Origin: Synechococcus sp.
GTDB taxonomy: Bacteria > Cyanobacteriota > Cyanobacteriia > Thermostichales > PCC-7336
Direction of reading: 5' to 3'
DNA: 55,148 nucleotides
NCBI GenBank assembly: GCA_051439425.1
Contig: JBFRWD010000009.1
Coordinates: 1-55,148 of the forward strand
Under the pieces are notes generated by a model that did not search any database, was not told the origin of the DNA, and saw nothing but the letters and a program-made list of their open reading frames with translations. This document shows, piece after piece, positions 1 through 10,408 of the stretch; position 1 is the first letter of the stretch; each line of letters starts with the position of its first letter. Position numbers and translations under genes: made by a program.

Positions 1-940
1 CCGTCGGTTGGAATTGACCGGCCCGCAACATCGACACATCAAATTGGTCGATGGTCATTTCTCGCGGGCCGCGCATTTGAGACACATCGGTATTGAGAAA
101 GTCCACTGCGACGCGATGGGGATTGAACACGCGTCGTGTGGAGACATTAACAGGGCCACTGGTACGGACAAAAAATCCGTCGTCTGTAGTCTCGATGCTC
201 AGAATATGGGTACGTACTGAGGGGGCTGGAGTGGTGGTGGGAGTCTCTGCTTGAGCTGTTCTGCTAGGTGCTGAATTGGTAGGTGCTGAATTGGTAGGTG
301 CTTGGGTGACCGGGGGGGACGATGCTGTTTGGGTGGAGCCGAATTGCACAGGGATGAGCAGCTGTACGGCCCATCGCTCGGGCGATGCCGTGAGTAGTTG
401 GATTTCTCGTTGGGTGATGGGCTGTTCTGGATCGATATCCATCACCAGCCGAGCCATGTCAGGACTAAATTGGCTGAGTCGGATCGAGCGCACCCGACCG
501 GAATAGTTCTGCTGTTCCTCCCTCTGGCCCAATCTGACATTGGGCAAATCGACTACGATTCGCGAGGGATTCTCTAGTGCGAAAAGGCGTGGGCGGGTTT
601 GTCCCTGAGTGGTGAGATCTAAACGCCCGAGAGCAGGGTTGTAGGTCCAGCTTTGCAAGCGAACCGGGTTTGCTTGAGCGATGAGGGATTGAGACCAGTG
701 ACCTGGAGAGTGGTTCCCTAGAGACCGATCTCCTGAAGACTGTGTGGTTTGAGAAAGGGGTGTCTGAGTTTGAGCAGTCCGCGCTAGAACAGGAGCGATG
801 GCCACTGCACTACTAATCCCCGTACCCATACTCGCACTGGCACCACCGATCGCCAGGCCCCAACAAGCTAGAAGCAACCACCATCGGTAGCGTGTGGCTG
901 GTGAGCTGTCTTGAGGCATTGGAACCGGCTGTCGTTTCAT
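1..940 (-). CDS. AMIN-domain protein, probably N-acetylmuramoyl-L-alanine amidase (AmiC-like); 5' part only, runs off the left edge
   Basis: Not in the ORF track because there is no stop in the window. Manual translation from ATG at 940 gives MKRQPVPMPQD..., a hydrophobic signal segment, AMIN motifs FALENPSRIVVDLPN and SIRLSQFSPDMARLVMDI, a Pro/Ser/Thr linker, then a second AMIN-like repeat (VFNPHRVAVDFLNTD...MLRAGQFQPT). The catalytic domain would lie outside the window. Confidence 0.8.
   Translation of the reverse strand, partial: MKRQPVPMPQDSSPATRYRWWLLLACWGLAIGGASASMGTGISSAVAIAPVLARTAQTQTPLSQTTQSSGDRSLGNHSPGHWSQSLIAQANPVRLQSWTYNPALGRLDLTTQGQTRPRLFALENPSRIVVDLPNVRLGQREEQQNYSGRVRSIRLSQFSPDMARLVMDIDPEQPITQREIQLLTASPERWAVQLLIPVQFGSTQTASSPPVTQAPTNSAPTNSAPSRTAQAETPTTTPAPSVRTHILSIETTDDGFFVRTSGPVNVSTRRVFNPHRVAVDFLNTDVSQMRGPREMTIDQFDVSMLRAGQFQPT
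265..302. repeat. 15-bp tandem repeat (TAGGTGCTGAATTGG x2.5) encoding APTNS units in the amidase linker
   Basis: Read directly from the sequence; in frame in the minus-strand AMIN ORF. Confidence 0.9.
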
Positions 941-1248
941 CACCAGACCTTTCAGCTTGGTGCTCCTTCCCACTAAAATCAGTCTCCACACCCTAGATCT
1001 AGAGCAACTATATCAACGGCATTTGGCCCGAGCCTGCTGGCAACCGCATAACCTGTAATGACCGTGGGCAAGGGTGGGTGCTATTGAGGGTGCGGCGTAT
1101 GCTGGCTGCTTGGTGTGGTAAGCGATCGCGGATATTGATGAATAGGTTGTCAATGATGAGTTAAGACTGCGATCCGGTTTCATCGAGTCGCAGGACTGTA
1201 CTAATCTTGCGTAGCTTTTCCGCAGCGAAGCATTCTAACCGCAGCAAG

Positions 1249-2103
1249 CTACAGCATTGCGTTTGCATGGTGTTTGATGTGATCTGCCACGAATGACGCA
1301 ATGAAGAAATAGCTGTGGTCGTAATGAGGATGGCGGCGTAATTGCAGTGGGTAGTTCACTGTTGCACAGGCTGCTTCCAATAGCTCTGGTTTGAGCTGAT
1401 TGGCTAAGAATGGATCGGCTTCTCCCTGGTCGATCAGAATGGGGAGTCGAGTCTCGGTGGTCTTCACTAATTCTGTTGCATCGTATGCCTCCCAATCTGG
1501 CGGATTGTCGCCGAGATAGTTACGAAAGGCTTTTTTTCCCCACGGCACTTGCGAGGGGGCCACAATGGGGGCGAATGCTGAAACGCTGCGGAACATACCT
1601 GGATTTTTGAGGGCAAGAATCAGTGCACCGTGCCCTCCCATCGAGTGACCGAAGATGCCTTTGCGACTGTCATCGACTGGAAACTGTTCTCGGACGAGGG
1701 CGGGCAGTTCGGACACGACATAGTCGTACATACGATAGTGTTGCGACCACGGTGTTTGTGTGGCGTTGATGTAGAAGCCTGCTCCACTGCCAAAGTCCCA
1801 ATCATTATCTTCGCCAGGAAGATTGCAACCACGCGGGCTGGTGTCTGGGGCAACGATCGCGATCCCGTACTTCGCTGCATAGGCTTGTGCCCCTGCTTTT
1901 GTGATGAAATTCTGTTCGGTACAGGTCAACCCACTCAGCCAGTAAAGCACCGGGCAGGGTTGCGTTTCCGCTTGAGGGGGCAAGTAGATGCCGAACGTCA
2001 TCTCGCAGTTCGTGACGCTCGACGTGTGGCGGTAGACGTGCTGCCAGCCACCACAGCAATAGTTACTGCTGACTTGGGTGAGTGAGGATGGTTGCAGAGT
2101 CAT
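1249..2103 (-). CDS. frmB: S-formylglutathione hydrolase (esterase D family)
   Basis: [23 protein letters not shown], nucleophile motif [11 protein letters not shown]-terminal [11 protein letters not shown]; 284 aa; adjacent to class III ADH. Confidence 0.95.
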   Translation of the reverse strand: MTLQPSSLTQVSSNYCCGGWQHVYRHTSSVTNCEMTFGIYLPPQAETQPCPVLYWLSGLTCTEQNFITKAGAQAYAAKYGIAIVAPDTSPRGCNLPGEDNDWDFGSGAGFYINATQTPWSQHYRMYDYVVSELPALVREQFPVDDSRKGIFGHSMGGHGALILALKNPGMFRSVSAFAPIVAPSQVPWGKKAFRNYLGDNPPDWEAYDATELVKTTETRLPILIDQGEADPFLANQLKPELLEAACATVNYPLQLRRHPHYDHSYFFIASFVADHIKHHANAML

Positions 2104-2219
2104 GGGGGAAAGTCATGGGTCCTGTGAGGAACGCCGAGTGCATGGATTCTAGATTGAGCCAGCCCAAAGAAGTCTCGGTTAGAGGAAGTCTGTCAAAGAA
2201 CAGCGGCTGTTTATAGTGT

Positions 2220-2303
2220 TTGCCATTTCAGTTAGGACAAAAATTTTCAACCGCAGTCAGGGCTGGACATAGCTGAAATGCCTGAAGTGGGATGGCCACT
2301 GCC
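2220..2303. repeat. 84-bp structured dispersed repeat, copy A (reverse complement of 15501-15584)
   Basis: Manual ungapped alignment gives 71/84 identical positions, including a 29-nt identical core CATTTCAGCTATGTCCAGCCCTGACTGCG. Confidence 0.9.
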
Positions 2304-2309
2304 ATATAG

Positions 2310-2363
2310 TCAGGCTGGCTGTAATGCAGTGGCTACTCGATCGCCCTTTCAGAGCCAGCCTGA
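2310..2363. terminator. 11-bp inverted repeat (TCAGGCTGGCT...AGCCAGCCTGA) just 3' of frmA; terminator or mRNA-stabilising stem
   Basis: Perfect inverted repeat at 2310-2320 / 2353-2363 immediately downstream of the frmA stop. Confidence 0.55.
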
Positions 2364-2367
2364 ACGA

Positions 2368-3552
<1,185 letters not shown>

Positions 3553-3641
3553 TCACGATAATTCGTGAGCTTTGTGAGTGCCCACTGATTGCCAGTAACT
3601 TCCAGTCACTTGAGGTTAACGCGTCGAACTTGGCTTCCGTT

Positions 3642-5153
3642 CTACTTAAGGAATAGCTGGTACGCAGGATTGTCGTTTTCGTCCCAATAGCGGTAGCCAA
3701 GTGTGGTGAGAAATTCCTGCCACTCGCTCATTTCTTCTGGCGGTACCTGCATGCCCACCACAATGCGCCCGTAGTCCGAGCCGTTATTGCGATAGTGGAA
3801 CAAGCTGATATTCCAGTTGGGACTCATGGAGGCGACAAACTTCATCAGAGCACCAGGACGCTCTGGGAACTCAAAGCGGTAAATCAGTTCGTTTTTCGCC
3901 AGCGGCGATCGCCCTCCCACCATGTGACGCAAATGCATCTTTGTCAGTTCGTCGTCTGTCAAATCTAGAGTTTTCAGGCCAGCCGTCTCAAAGGTGTCTT
4001 TCATCTGAGAGGCATCCTCCCGATTCTGGACCTGCAGACCCACAAAGATGTGGGCTTCTTGGCGATCGGCGATCCGGTAGTTGAACTCGGTCAGGTTGCG
4101 GGTACCCAAGCAATTGCAGAATTTGCGCAGGCTGCCCGGTTTTTCGGGGATGTTAACGGCAAAAATTGCTTCCCGTCGCTCTCCTAATTCTGCTCGCTCC
4201 GCCACAAACCGCAGGCGATCGAAGTTCATGTTGGCTCCGCAGGCCAGTGCTACCAAGGTTTCGCCCGTGATGCCCGTACGCTCGACATAGGCTTTGGCCC
4301 CGGCGATCGCCAGTGCTCCTGCCGGTTCAACAATCGATCGTGTGTCTTGAAACACATCCTTGATGGCTGCGCAGGTATCGTCCGTCTTCACCAAAATGAT
4401 GTCGTCTATTAATTCTTGGCAAAGCCGAAAGGTTTCCTTCCCCACTTCGCGTACAGCTACGCCATCGGCAAAGAGCCCTACTTGTTCTAAACGAACGCGG
4501 TGGCCCACTTTGAGCGATCGGTACATGGCATCAGCGTCTATGGGTTCAACACCGATGACTTTGATCTCTGGTCGTACTCGCTTGACGTAAGAGGCAATCC
4601 CCGAGATCAGGCCGCCCCCACCGATCGCCACAAAAATCGCGTGAATGGGCTGCTGGTACTGCCGCAGAATTTCCATTCCCACCGTGCCCTGACCAGCAAT
4701 CACATCTGGGTCATCGAATGGATGAATGAATGTTAATCCTTTGTCTTGTTCCAGTTGACGGGCGTAGCCGTAGGCGTCGTCGTAGGTATCCCCAAACAAG
4801 ACGACTTCGGCACCGCGAGCCCTAACTGCATCCACCTTCATCGAAGGTGTCGTCACGGGCATGACGATGACGGCATGAGTTCCTAGTCGTTGGGCCGCTA
4901 GCGCTACACCTTGGGCGTGGTTGCCCGCAGACGAGGCGATCGCCCCGCGCTCCAGCTTGTCTGGAGGCAGGTTGACCATTTTGTTGTAGGCACCGCGCAG
5001 CTTGAATGAAAACACCGACTGCATGTCTTCTCGCTTGAGCAAAATCTTGTTATGCAAGCGTGTCGAAAGGCTAGGAGCTTCTTCGAGGGGGGATTCTTGG
5101 GCGACGTCGTAGACGCGGGCGGTAAGAATGCGAGTCAGGTAGTCGGTGTTCAT
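3642..5153 (-). CDS. ilvA: Biosynthetic threonine ammonia-lyase (threonine dehydratase) with C-terminal regulatory domains
   Basis: KREDMQSVFSFKLRGAYNK (PLP lysine), SAGNHAQGVA, two ACT-like repeats (IPEKPGSL, FPERPGAL); 503 aa. Confidence 0.97.
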   Translation of the reverse strand: MNTDYLTRILTARVYDVAQESPLEEAPSLSTRLHNKILLKREDMQSVFSFKLRGAYNKMVNLPPDKLERGAIASSAGNHAQGVALAAQRLGTHAVIVMPVTTPSMKVDAVRARGAEVVLFGDTYDDAYGYARQLEQDKGLTFIHPFDDPDVIAGQGTVGMEILRQYQQPIHAIFVAIGGGGLISGIASYVKRVRPEIKVIGVEPIDADAMYRSLKVGHRVRLEQVGLFADGVAVREVGKETFRLCQELIDDIILVKTDDTCAAIKDVFQDTRSIVEPAGALAIAGAKAYVERTGITGETLVALACGANMNFDRLRFVAERAELGERREAIFAVNIPEKPGSLRKFCNCLGTRNLTEFNYRIADRQEAHIFVGLQVQNREDASQMKDTFETAGLKTLDLTDDELTKMHLRHMVGGRSPLAKNELIYRFEFPERPGALMKFVASMSPNWNISLFHYRNNGSDYGRIVVGMQVPPEEMSEWQEFLTTLGYRYWDENDNPAYQLFLK

Positions 5154-5640
5154 GGGCTGGAAGAGTGGCAGGCCGCGTGAGTGGAAAATGCCTGTAGAAG
5201 GAACGCTTAAGTCTACAGCTTTTTGCTGACATTGATTCTCAGCGTTGCTTTTAGAGTGTAATTAGACAGTCATGCATGAAATTATACTTAGGTCAACTGT
5301 TTAAACCTTTTTGGTTGTTACGGTGTCAGCATCTATGTAGTCTCAATATACTTGTTGATCATTTCAAATAGAGGTTGCAGTATCTTTAAGGTTTAGTTTG
5401 TTTACCAGTTGTATGGCTTTTGTTTGCCTTGAAAAAGCGGCTTATGTATTGACTTACGCGAAAACTTTTGTTAATTAAGTATGTATCCATTACAATGTTG
5501 ATTTCTAGTTCAGAGTCGGAATAAATAGCAAACAATATCCCTAATTTATGAAGTCTAATTAATTAAATTAATGTATTCTGTGATTTTGTGATTAGTAAAG
5601 ACATAGATTTCAGATATTCAAATCATAGGTATTCTTCAGT

Positions 5641-6135
5641 ATGATCCTTTGGCAAGCATCTATTTTTGAATTTGTAGTTATACCATTACTTACATTGATA
5701 TTTACGATTCTTGCAAAAGGTGTTTCTAGGCATAATCTTCTCTTTAAGATAGAAACAGAAGATTATTTGGTGTGTTTCGACTTATTGGTCTTATCTATAT
5801 TTATTTATATGGTCAATATGGGTAAGACTTTTAGTCAGTTGCAGGAAGTTAGTTCAATTGTTCGTGCAGAAGCATTGAATAGAGCACAAAGCAGCATATC
5901 ACCTGAGGCATTGGCATTATATGCTGAGCAGGAACAACTATACGAGTCGAAGCTGGGGATTGCAATACCTATTGTTTTAGCTATAGCTTTAATGACAGTT
6001 ACGTTGATTTTCGCTACAAAAAGCCAATTTGCTAGAGATGGAAATGGGAATCCCAAAACTTACCCTGGGATAGTTTTTCCTAACGTATTGGGTTTGATAG
6101 TACTTATTATTGTATCATTGGTAACCACGATATGA
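5641..6135 (+). CDS. Hypothetical membrane protein with about 4 TM helices, in an AT-rich island
   Basis: 164-aa ORF with four hydrophobic stretches; no family recognised; AT-rich and free of HIP1. Confidence 0.7.
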   Translation: MILWQASIFEFVVIPLLTLIFTILAKGVSRHNLLFKIETEDYLVCFDLLVLSIFIYMVNMGKTFSQLQEVSSIVRAEALNRAQSSISPEALALYAEQEQLYESKLGIAIPIVLAIALMTVTLIFATKSQFARDGNGNPKTYPGIVFPNVLGLIVLIIVSLVTTI

Positions 6136-6293
6136 CTAGAGTAGATGAGAGAATTAAGTTATTAGCTTTATTATGTGCTTGTACGATATCAATTTATTTG
6201 TTGGTGTCCTCAGCTTTTATGACGTCTGATATACAGATTCAGATACTCCAAAATGTAGACACAATCATGGAATTGAGATTGGGTGACTTGTGA
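6132..6293 (+). CDS. Small (53 aa) single-TM or signal-anchored protein, translationally coupled to the upstream gene
   Basis: Below the ORF-track length cutoff. Its ATG overlaps the upstream TGA (ATGA at 6132-6135). Translation: MTRVDERIKLLALLCACTISIYLLVSSAFMTSDIQIQILQNVDTIMELRLGDL, stop TGA 6291-6293. Confidence 0.5.
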   Translation: MTRVDERIKLLALLCACTISIYLLVSSAFMTSDIQIQILQNVDTIMELRLGDL

Positions 6294-7282
6294 AATCTAT
6301 ACAGATTTTGTTTTCTAATATTATTTGAATTTTGATAAATATATAGGACTTATGAATTCTGGACTTATTGAGTATCATTTCAAAACACTCTGTTTCTAAG
6401 ATGTGCAATACATGAAGGGAAAAAACTCAATAATATAGCCAGTAAATTTGTGTGTCCTAATCGAAACCTCATCAGTGAAAGTTTCTGGGATCTAGGCTAC
6501 TATCTGTTGAGGGTTGGTCTAGATTAGGAAGCGGTAAAAGTGTGAATTTTTAGTGTAGAAAATTAGGAAGAGCGATTTAAATAATTAAGATTTCCGACTC
6601 CTTATAAGAGGCACTGATCTTTGGCTTTTAAACTTACTAAAAGGGCTTGGCTATGCTGAAAGAAATTTTTCGATAAAGCTTTCATTAAAAAAAAAGACAT
6701 ATTTTACTCTTTCTTTTTTGGATTAATAGTTCTATTTTTACATCTTATATTTCATAAAATATTTCAATGCATTTTTTATCTTTCTAGAAAAATATTGAAT
6801 CGTGTGTTTGCGTTAGTATTTTACAGCTTCGATTAGTATCATGTCTAATGCTTTCTGAATAGGTAATTTTAAGGTAATAACGATTGACATTTTCTCTTAT
6901 ATAGCTTCTATGATTTCCTTTACTATTAAGCTTCAGTATCTTGAAGGTTATTGTGAATGATGAAAGAAATGGGAGAACGATAAACTCGCCCGAGACCGAT
7001 AAAATCTAGGTTGTTATAGTGATTAATTTCTTTAGAAATATAGGTTCTCTCACACTAAATTATCGTAATGCAAATTAAAGTTATCAGGAGGATAAAGGCC
7101 TACTGATGCACTAGTCAGGCAAATGATTTTGCCAATATATATGACGATCACTTGCTGTTCCTGGACTTCAATGCTCTGAATGTAAATGATCGATATCTAG
7201 CCTAAATTACTACAGAGAAGTAAAAAATAATTCTTATATGATTGCTCTTGGTTAAATATACATTTAAGATAACTTAAATTAG

Positions 7283-8170
7283 GTGCAGATTGTGACCGAC
7301 GAGATCACAGAACTGAGGGCTGGGAACAGCTCTTACGATCGCATTGCCGAGGCGATTGCCTTCATTCGAAAGCATCAATCCAGCCAACCGGATTTAGACA
7401 CTATTGCCGAACACGTTCACCTGAGTAAATACCATTGCCAGCGACTGTTTACCCAATGGGCAGGCATTAGTCCCAAGCGCTTCCTCCAGTACTTAACTGA
7501 ATATGCCAAATCTAAAATCGAGGACACTCGTAGTTTGCTAGATCTGACGATGGATGCGGGGCTATCCAGTCTGGGGCATTTGCACGATCTGTTTGTCAGG
7601 CTGGAGGCAATGTCGCCAGGCGAATTCAAGTCTGGTGGCGCGGGTCTACAGATTCGATATGGAATTTACAACAGTCCGTTTGGAGCTTGTGCGATTGCCA
7701 CCACAGTCCGAGGAATTTGCAATCTTCAGTTTTTGGAAGAAGCCACTCTGGTCGCAGTTAAAGGACTTTTAAGAACGGATTGGCCAAAGGCCGAGCTGAT
7801 TGAGGATAGTGAAGTCGTGTGGGCGATTGGCGATCGCATCTTCCAGCAATTTGGCCATTCTTCAGCGCCTATTGCCCTGCATGTCAAAGGAACCAATTTT
7901 CAAATTCAAGTTTGGCGGGCATTGCTAGAGGTTCCATTCGGTGGAGTTGTTACTTATCAAGGGCTGGGGATGGTTTTGGGACGACCATCTGCTGCTCGGG
8001 TGATCGGCAATGCTGTCGGACGAAATCCTGTCGGATATCTGATTCCTTGCCATCGCGTTATTCGTGCGTCTGGAGAGTTGGGGGGATATCGCTGGGGGAC
8101 TGGCCGTAAGTCAGTGCTATTAGGCTGGGAGGCAGGTCAAGCTGCGGGTGCAGTCGAGGAGCGAGCGTGA
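7283..8170 (+). CDS. Ada-like bifunctional AraC-HTH / methylated-DNA--protein-cysteine S-methyltransferase
   Basis: AraC-type HTH (HLSKYHCQRLFTQWAGISPKRFLQ), GTNFQIQVWRALL, active site NPVGYLIPCHRVI; no N-terminal Zn-binding Ada domain. Confidence 0.9.
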   Translation: MQIVTDEITELRAGNSSYDRIAEAIAFIRKHQSSQPDLDTIAEHVHLSKYHCQRLFTQWAGISPKRFLQYLTEYAKSKIEDTRSLLDLTMDAGLSSLGHLHDLFVRLEAMSPGEFKSGGAGLQIRYGIYNSPFGACAIATTVRGICNLQFLEEATLVAVKGLLRTDWPKAELIEDSEVVWAIGDRIFQQFGHSSAPIALHVKGTNFQIQVWRALLEVPFGGVVTYQGLGMVLGRPSAARVIGNAVGRNPVGYLIPCHRVIRASGELGGYRWGTGRKSVLLGWEAGQAAGAVEERA

Positions 8171-9054
8171 AGTTATCCGATATTGCTGAGCTGTTGCTGT
8201 TGGCTGGGCTGTGGGGGGGCTCTTTTTTGCTGATGCGAATTGCAGCTCCAGCGTTAGGACCAATTTGGCTGATTGAAATTCGTGTTTTGTTGGCAGGACT
8301 AGTGCTGCTACCAGTCTTGGTGCACATGAAACTCGTCGGGACGTTGCGGCAATATTTGTCTCCGCTATTGGTGGTGGGCGCGATTAACTCGGCGATTCCT
8401 TTTGTGCTTTACGCATACGCTTCGCTTTCTCTTCCTGCTGGATTTACGTCCATTTTGAATGCGACTGCCCCTCTGTTCGGCACAGTTGTTGCCGCTATTT
8501 GGATACAGGAACGGCCGACTCCAGCTCGCCTATTGGGGTTTGGCGTGGGGTTTGTGGGTGTAGTGATATTGATTGGTTGGCAAACGGACATCACGGCAAC
8601 ACCAACCTTTCTCATATCCGTAGTAGCAGGACTATTCGCAGCAGTGATGTATGCGATTGGAGCCCCATTTATCAAACTCCATTTGTCTGATGTCCACCCA
8701 TTGATTGTGACGACTGGTAGTCAATTAAGCGCGGCTTTGTTACTGCTTCCTGCCGTTCCGTTCACCGTTCCTATGCAAGAGATGACGCTTCAGGTGGCGA
8801 TTTCCACCGTTATCCTTGCTGTGTTCTCAACAGCGTTTGCCTATATCTTATATTTCCGGTTGATTCGCAATATTGGTTCGACGAAAGCGCTGACGGTTAC
8901 CTATCTGATACCGATGTTTGCAATGTTGTGGGGGTCGCTGGTACTGCAAGAGGTGATTACGGCATCAATGGTGGTGGGTTGCGGATTTATATTGGTGGGG
9001 ACGGCGATCGCTAACGACGTACTGTCAGGATTCTTGGCCCCCAAGGCGAGATAG
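8167..9054 (+). CDS. EamA/DMT family transporter
   Basis: About 10 TM helices, LWGGSFLLMRIA, SILNATAPLF, AYILYFRLI, VTYLIPMFA; GTGA overlap with the ada-like stop. Confidence 0.92.
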   Translation: MKLSDIAELLLLAGLWGGSFLLMRIAAPALGPIWLIEIRVLLAGLVLLPVLVHMKLVGTLRQYLSPLLVVGAINSAIPFVLYAYASLSLPAGFTSILNATAPLFGTVVAAIWIQERPTPARLLGFGVGFVGVVILIGWQTDITATPTFLISVVAGLFAAVMYAIGAPFIKLHLSDVHPLIVTTGSQLSAALLLLPAVPFTVPMQEMTLQVAISTVILAVFSTAFAYILYFRLIRNIGSTKALTVTYLIPMFAMLWGSLVLQEVITASMVVGCGFILVGTAIANDVLSGFLAPKAR

Positions 9055-9086
9055 TCAGCTCCGGTTTTGTACTGTGATATAAATGC

Positions 9087-9121
9087 AATTCCGCCTGAAT
9101 CCTAGAAATCCAAGCGGAATT
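9087..9121. terminator. Probable bidirectional terminator hairpin between convergent genes
   Basis: AATTCCGC...GCGGAATT inverted repeat followed by AAAAA, between the EamA gene (+) and a hypothetical gene (-). Confidence 0.6.
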
Positions 9122-9147
9122 AAAAATATTGATCGAAGCCGTTCAAA

Positions 9148-9411
9148 CTAGTGCTTCTTCTTGGGGTGAATATGCTCTAGAGACGATACTTCGTCGTAAA
9201 CATCTACTTTTCCTTCATCGGGATTGTCTACTTTTGGGAATGTGTGGTGAATGGTTTTAGAGGTTCTCATATAGTCGATATCCCCTAAGGTTTTAGCCTC
9301 GTCCGGGCTGAGAAAGAAATCGCGGGAGTTTTTCTTCCACCCAAAAAGCGACTTTCCTTCGGTACTGCTATCGTCTGCTTGTCCCCAAAAGCGCTTAAAA
9401 ATCCCGACCAT
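9148..9411 (-). CDS. Conserved cyanobacterial hypothetical protein
   Basis: Motif FFLSPDEAKTLGDIDYMRTSKTIHHTFPK resembles a cyanobacterial hypothetical family (from memory); ATG at 9411 preceded by an AGAGGTG RBS. Confidence 0.7.
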   Translation of the reverse strand: MVGIFKRFWGQADDSSTEGKSLFGWKKNSRDFFLSPDEAKTLGDIDYMRTSKTIHHTFPKVDNPDEGKVDVYDEVSSLEHIHPKKKH

Positions 9412-9870
9412 AACTATCACCTCTGAACAAAGTGAGTGCGAGTAGATCGTATCTGGCTGCCCTAGTACGAGGTAGACATGCTACGAGGTCTGCAATGATT
9501 TTAGGTATTTCGCTACATAAGAGGGCTCTATGTTGCGATTGAAGTGTACCTAACTTCATATAGCTTTGGAAAACTAGCGACACTCATTCGTTCGGATGAA
9601 TATATTGTCTCTCGGTATAGTGCTTTCTACGTCTGAGAAATCAACAGTTTTTGAGAACAAACTGAAGTCAAGAACTGGTTGAAGTATAGAGGACGATTGT
9701 AAAAAAGGTGCGATTGTTTGGGACTCTGATTGTCCTACAAATGCTCAGCAAGTTTCAAGCTGTCTTTATCGACTGTCAACTCAATTGAGTTCCCATCCAC
9801 CTCTGTATTTTATTTACAGTGCGGCTGGATAGTTCAGCTAGAGTGAATTCGCACCCTTTGCAGTTCATTC

Positions 9871-10365
9871 ATGACCGTACAGCGAATCGAACCCGGCCCC
9901 GGCCAAGAATCCGTCTGGGATTATCCCCGTCCTCCCCGCTTGGAAGACAGTACCAAGCACATTCGTATTATTTGTGGCGGTGAAGTGCTGGCTGATACTC
10001 ATCGTGCCAAACGAGTTCTGGAAACCAGCCATCCACCGACCTACTACATTCCCCCCGAAGACGTGCAGATGCAGTACTTAACACGCACGCAAAAGGGTAG
10101 CTGGTGTGAATGGAAAGGGAAGGCGATCTATTACACCATTGCAGTTGGTGATACTGAATTAACCGAAGCTTGTTGGAGCTATCCAGAACCCACACCAACC
10201 TTCGCCGGAATAGAAAATTACATAGCGGTGTATCCCAGCAAAATGGATGCTTGCTATGTCGATGGTGAACAAGTACAAGCACAGAAGGGCGACTTCTATG
10301 GCGGTTGGATTACCAGCGATATTGTGGGGCCGTTTAAAGGTGGAGTTGGAACCTGGGGATGGTAG
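9871..10365 (+). CDS. DUF427 domain protein
   Basis: ESVWDYPRPPRLE, VLETSHPPTYYIP, SWCEWKGKAIYY, FYGGWIT. Confidence 0.9.
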   Translation: MTVQRIEPGPGQESVWDYPRPPRLEDSTKHIRIICGGEVLADTHRAKRVLETSHPPTYYIPPEDVQMQYLTRTQKGSWCEWKGKAIYYTIAVGDTELTEACWSYPEPTPTFAGIENYIAVYPSKMDACYVDGEQVQAQKGDFYGGWITSDIVGPFKGGVGTWGW

Positions 10366-10408
10366 CCAACCTCCCCGCATCCAACTCACGCGCTCAATTC
10401 AACGATCG

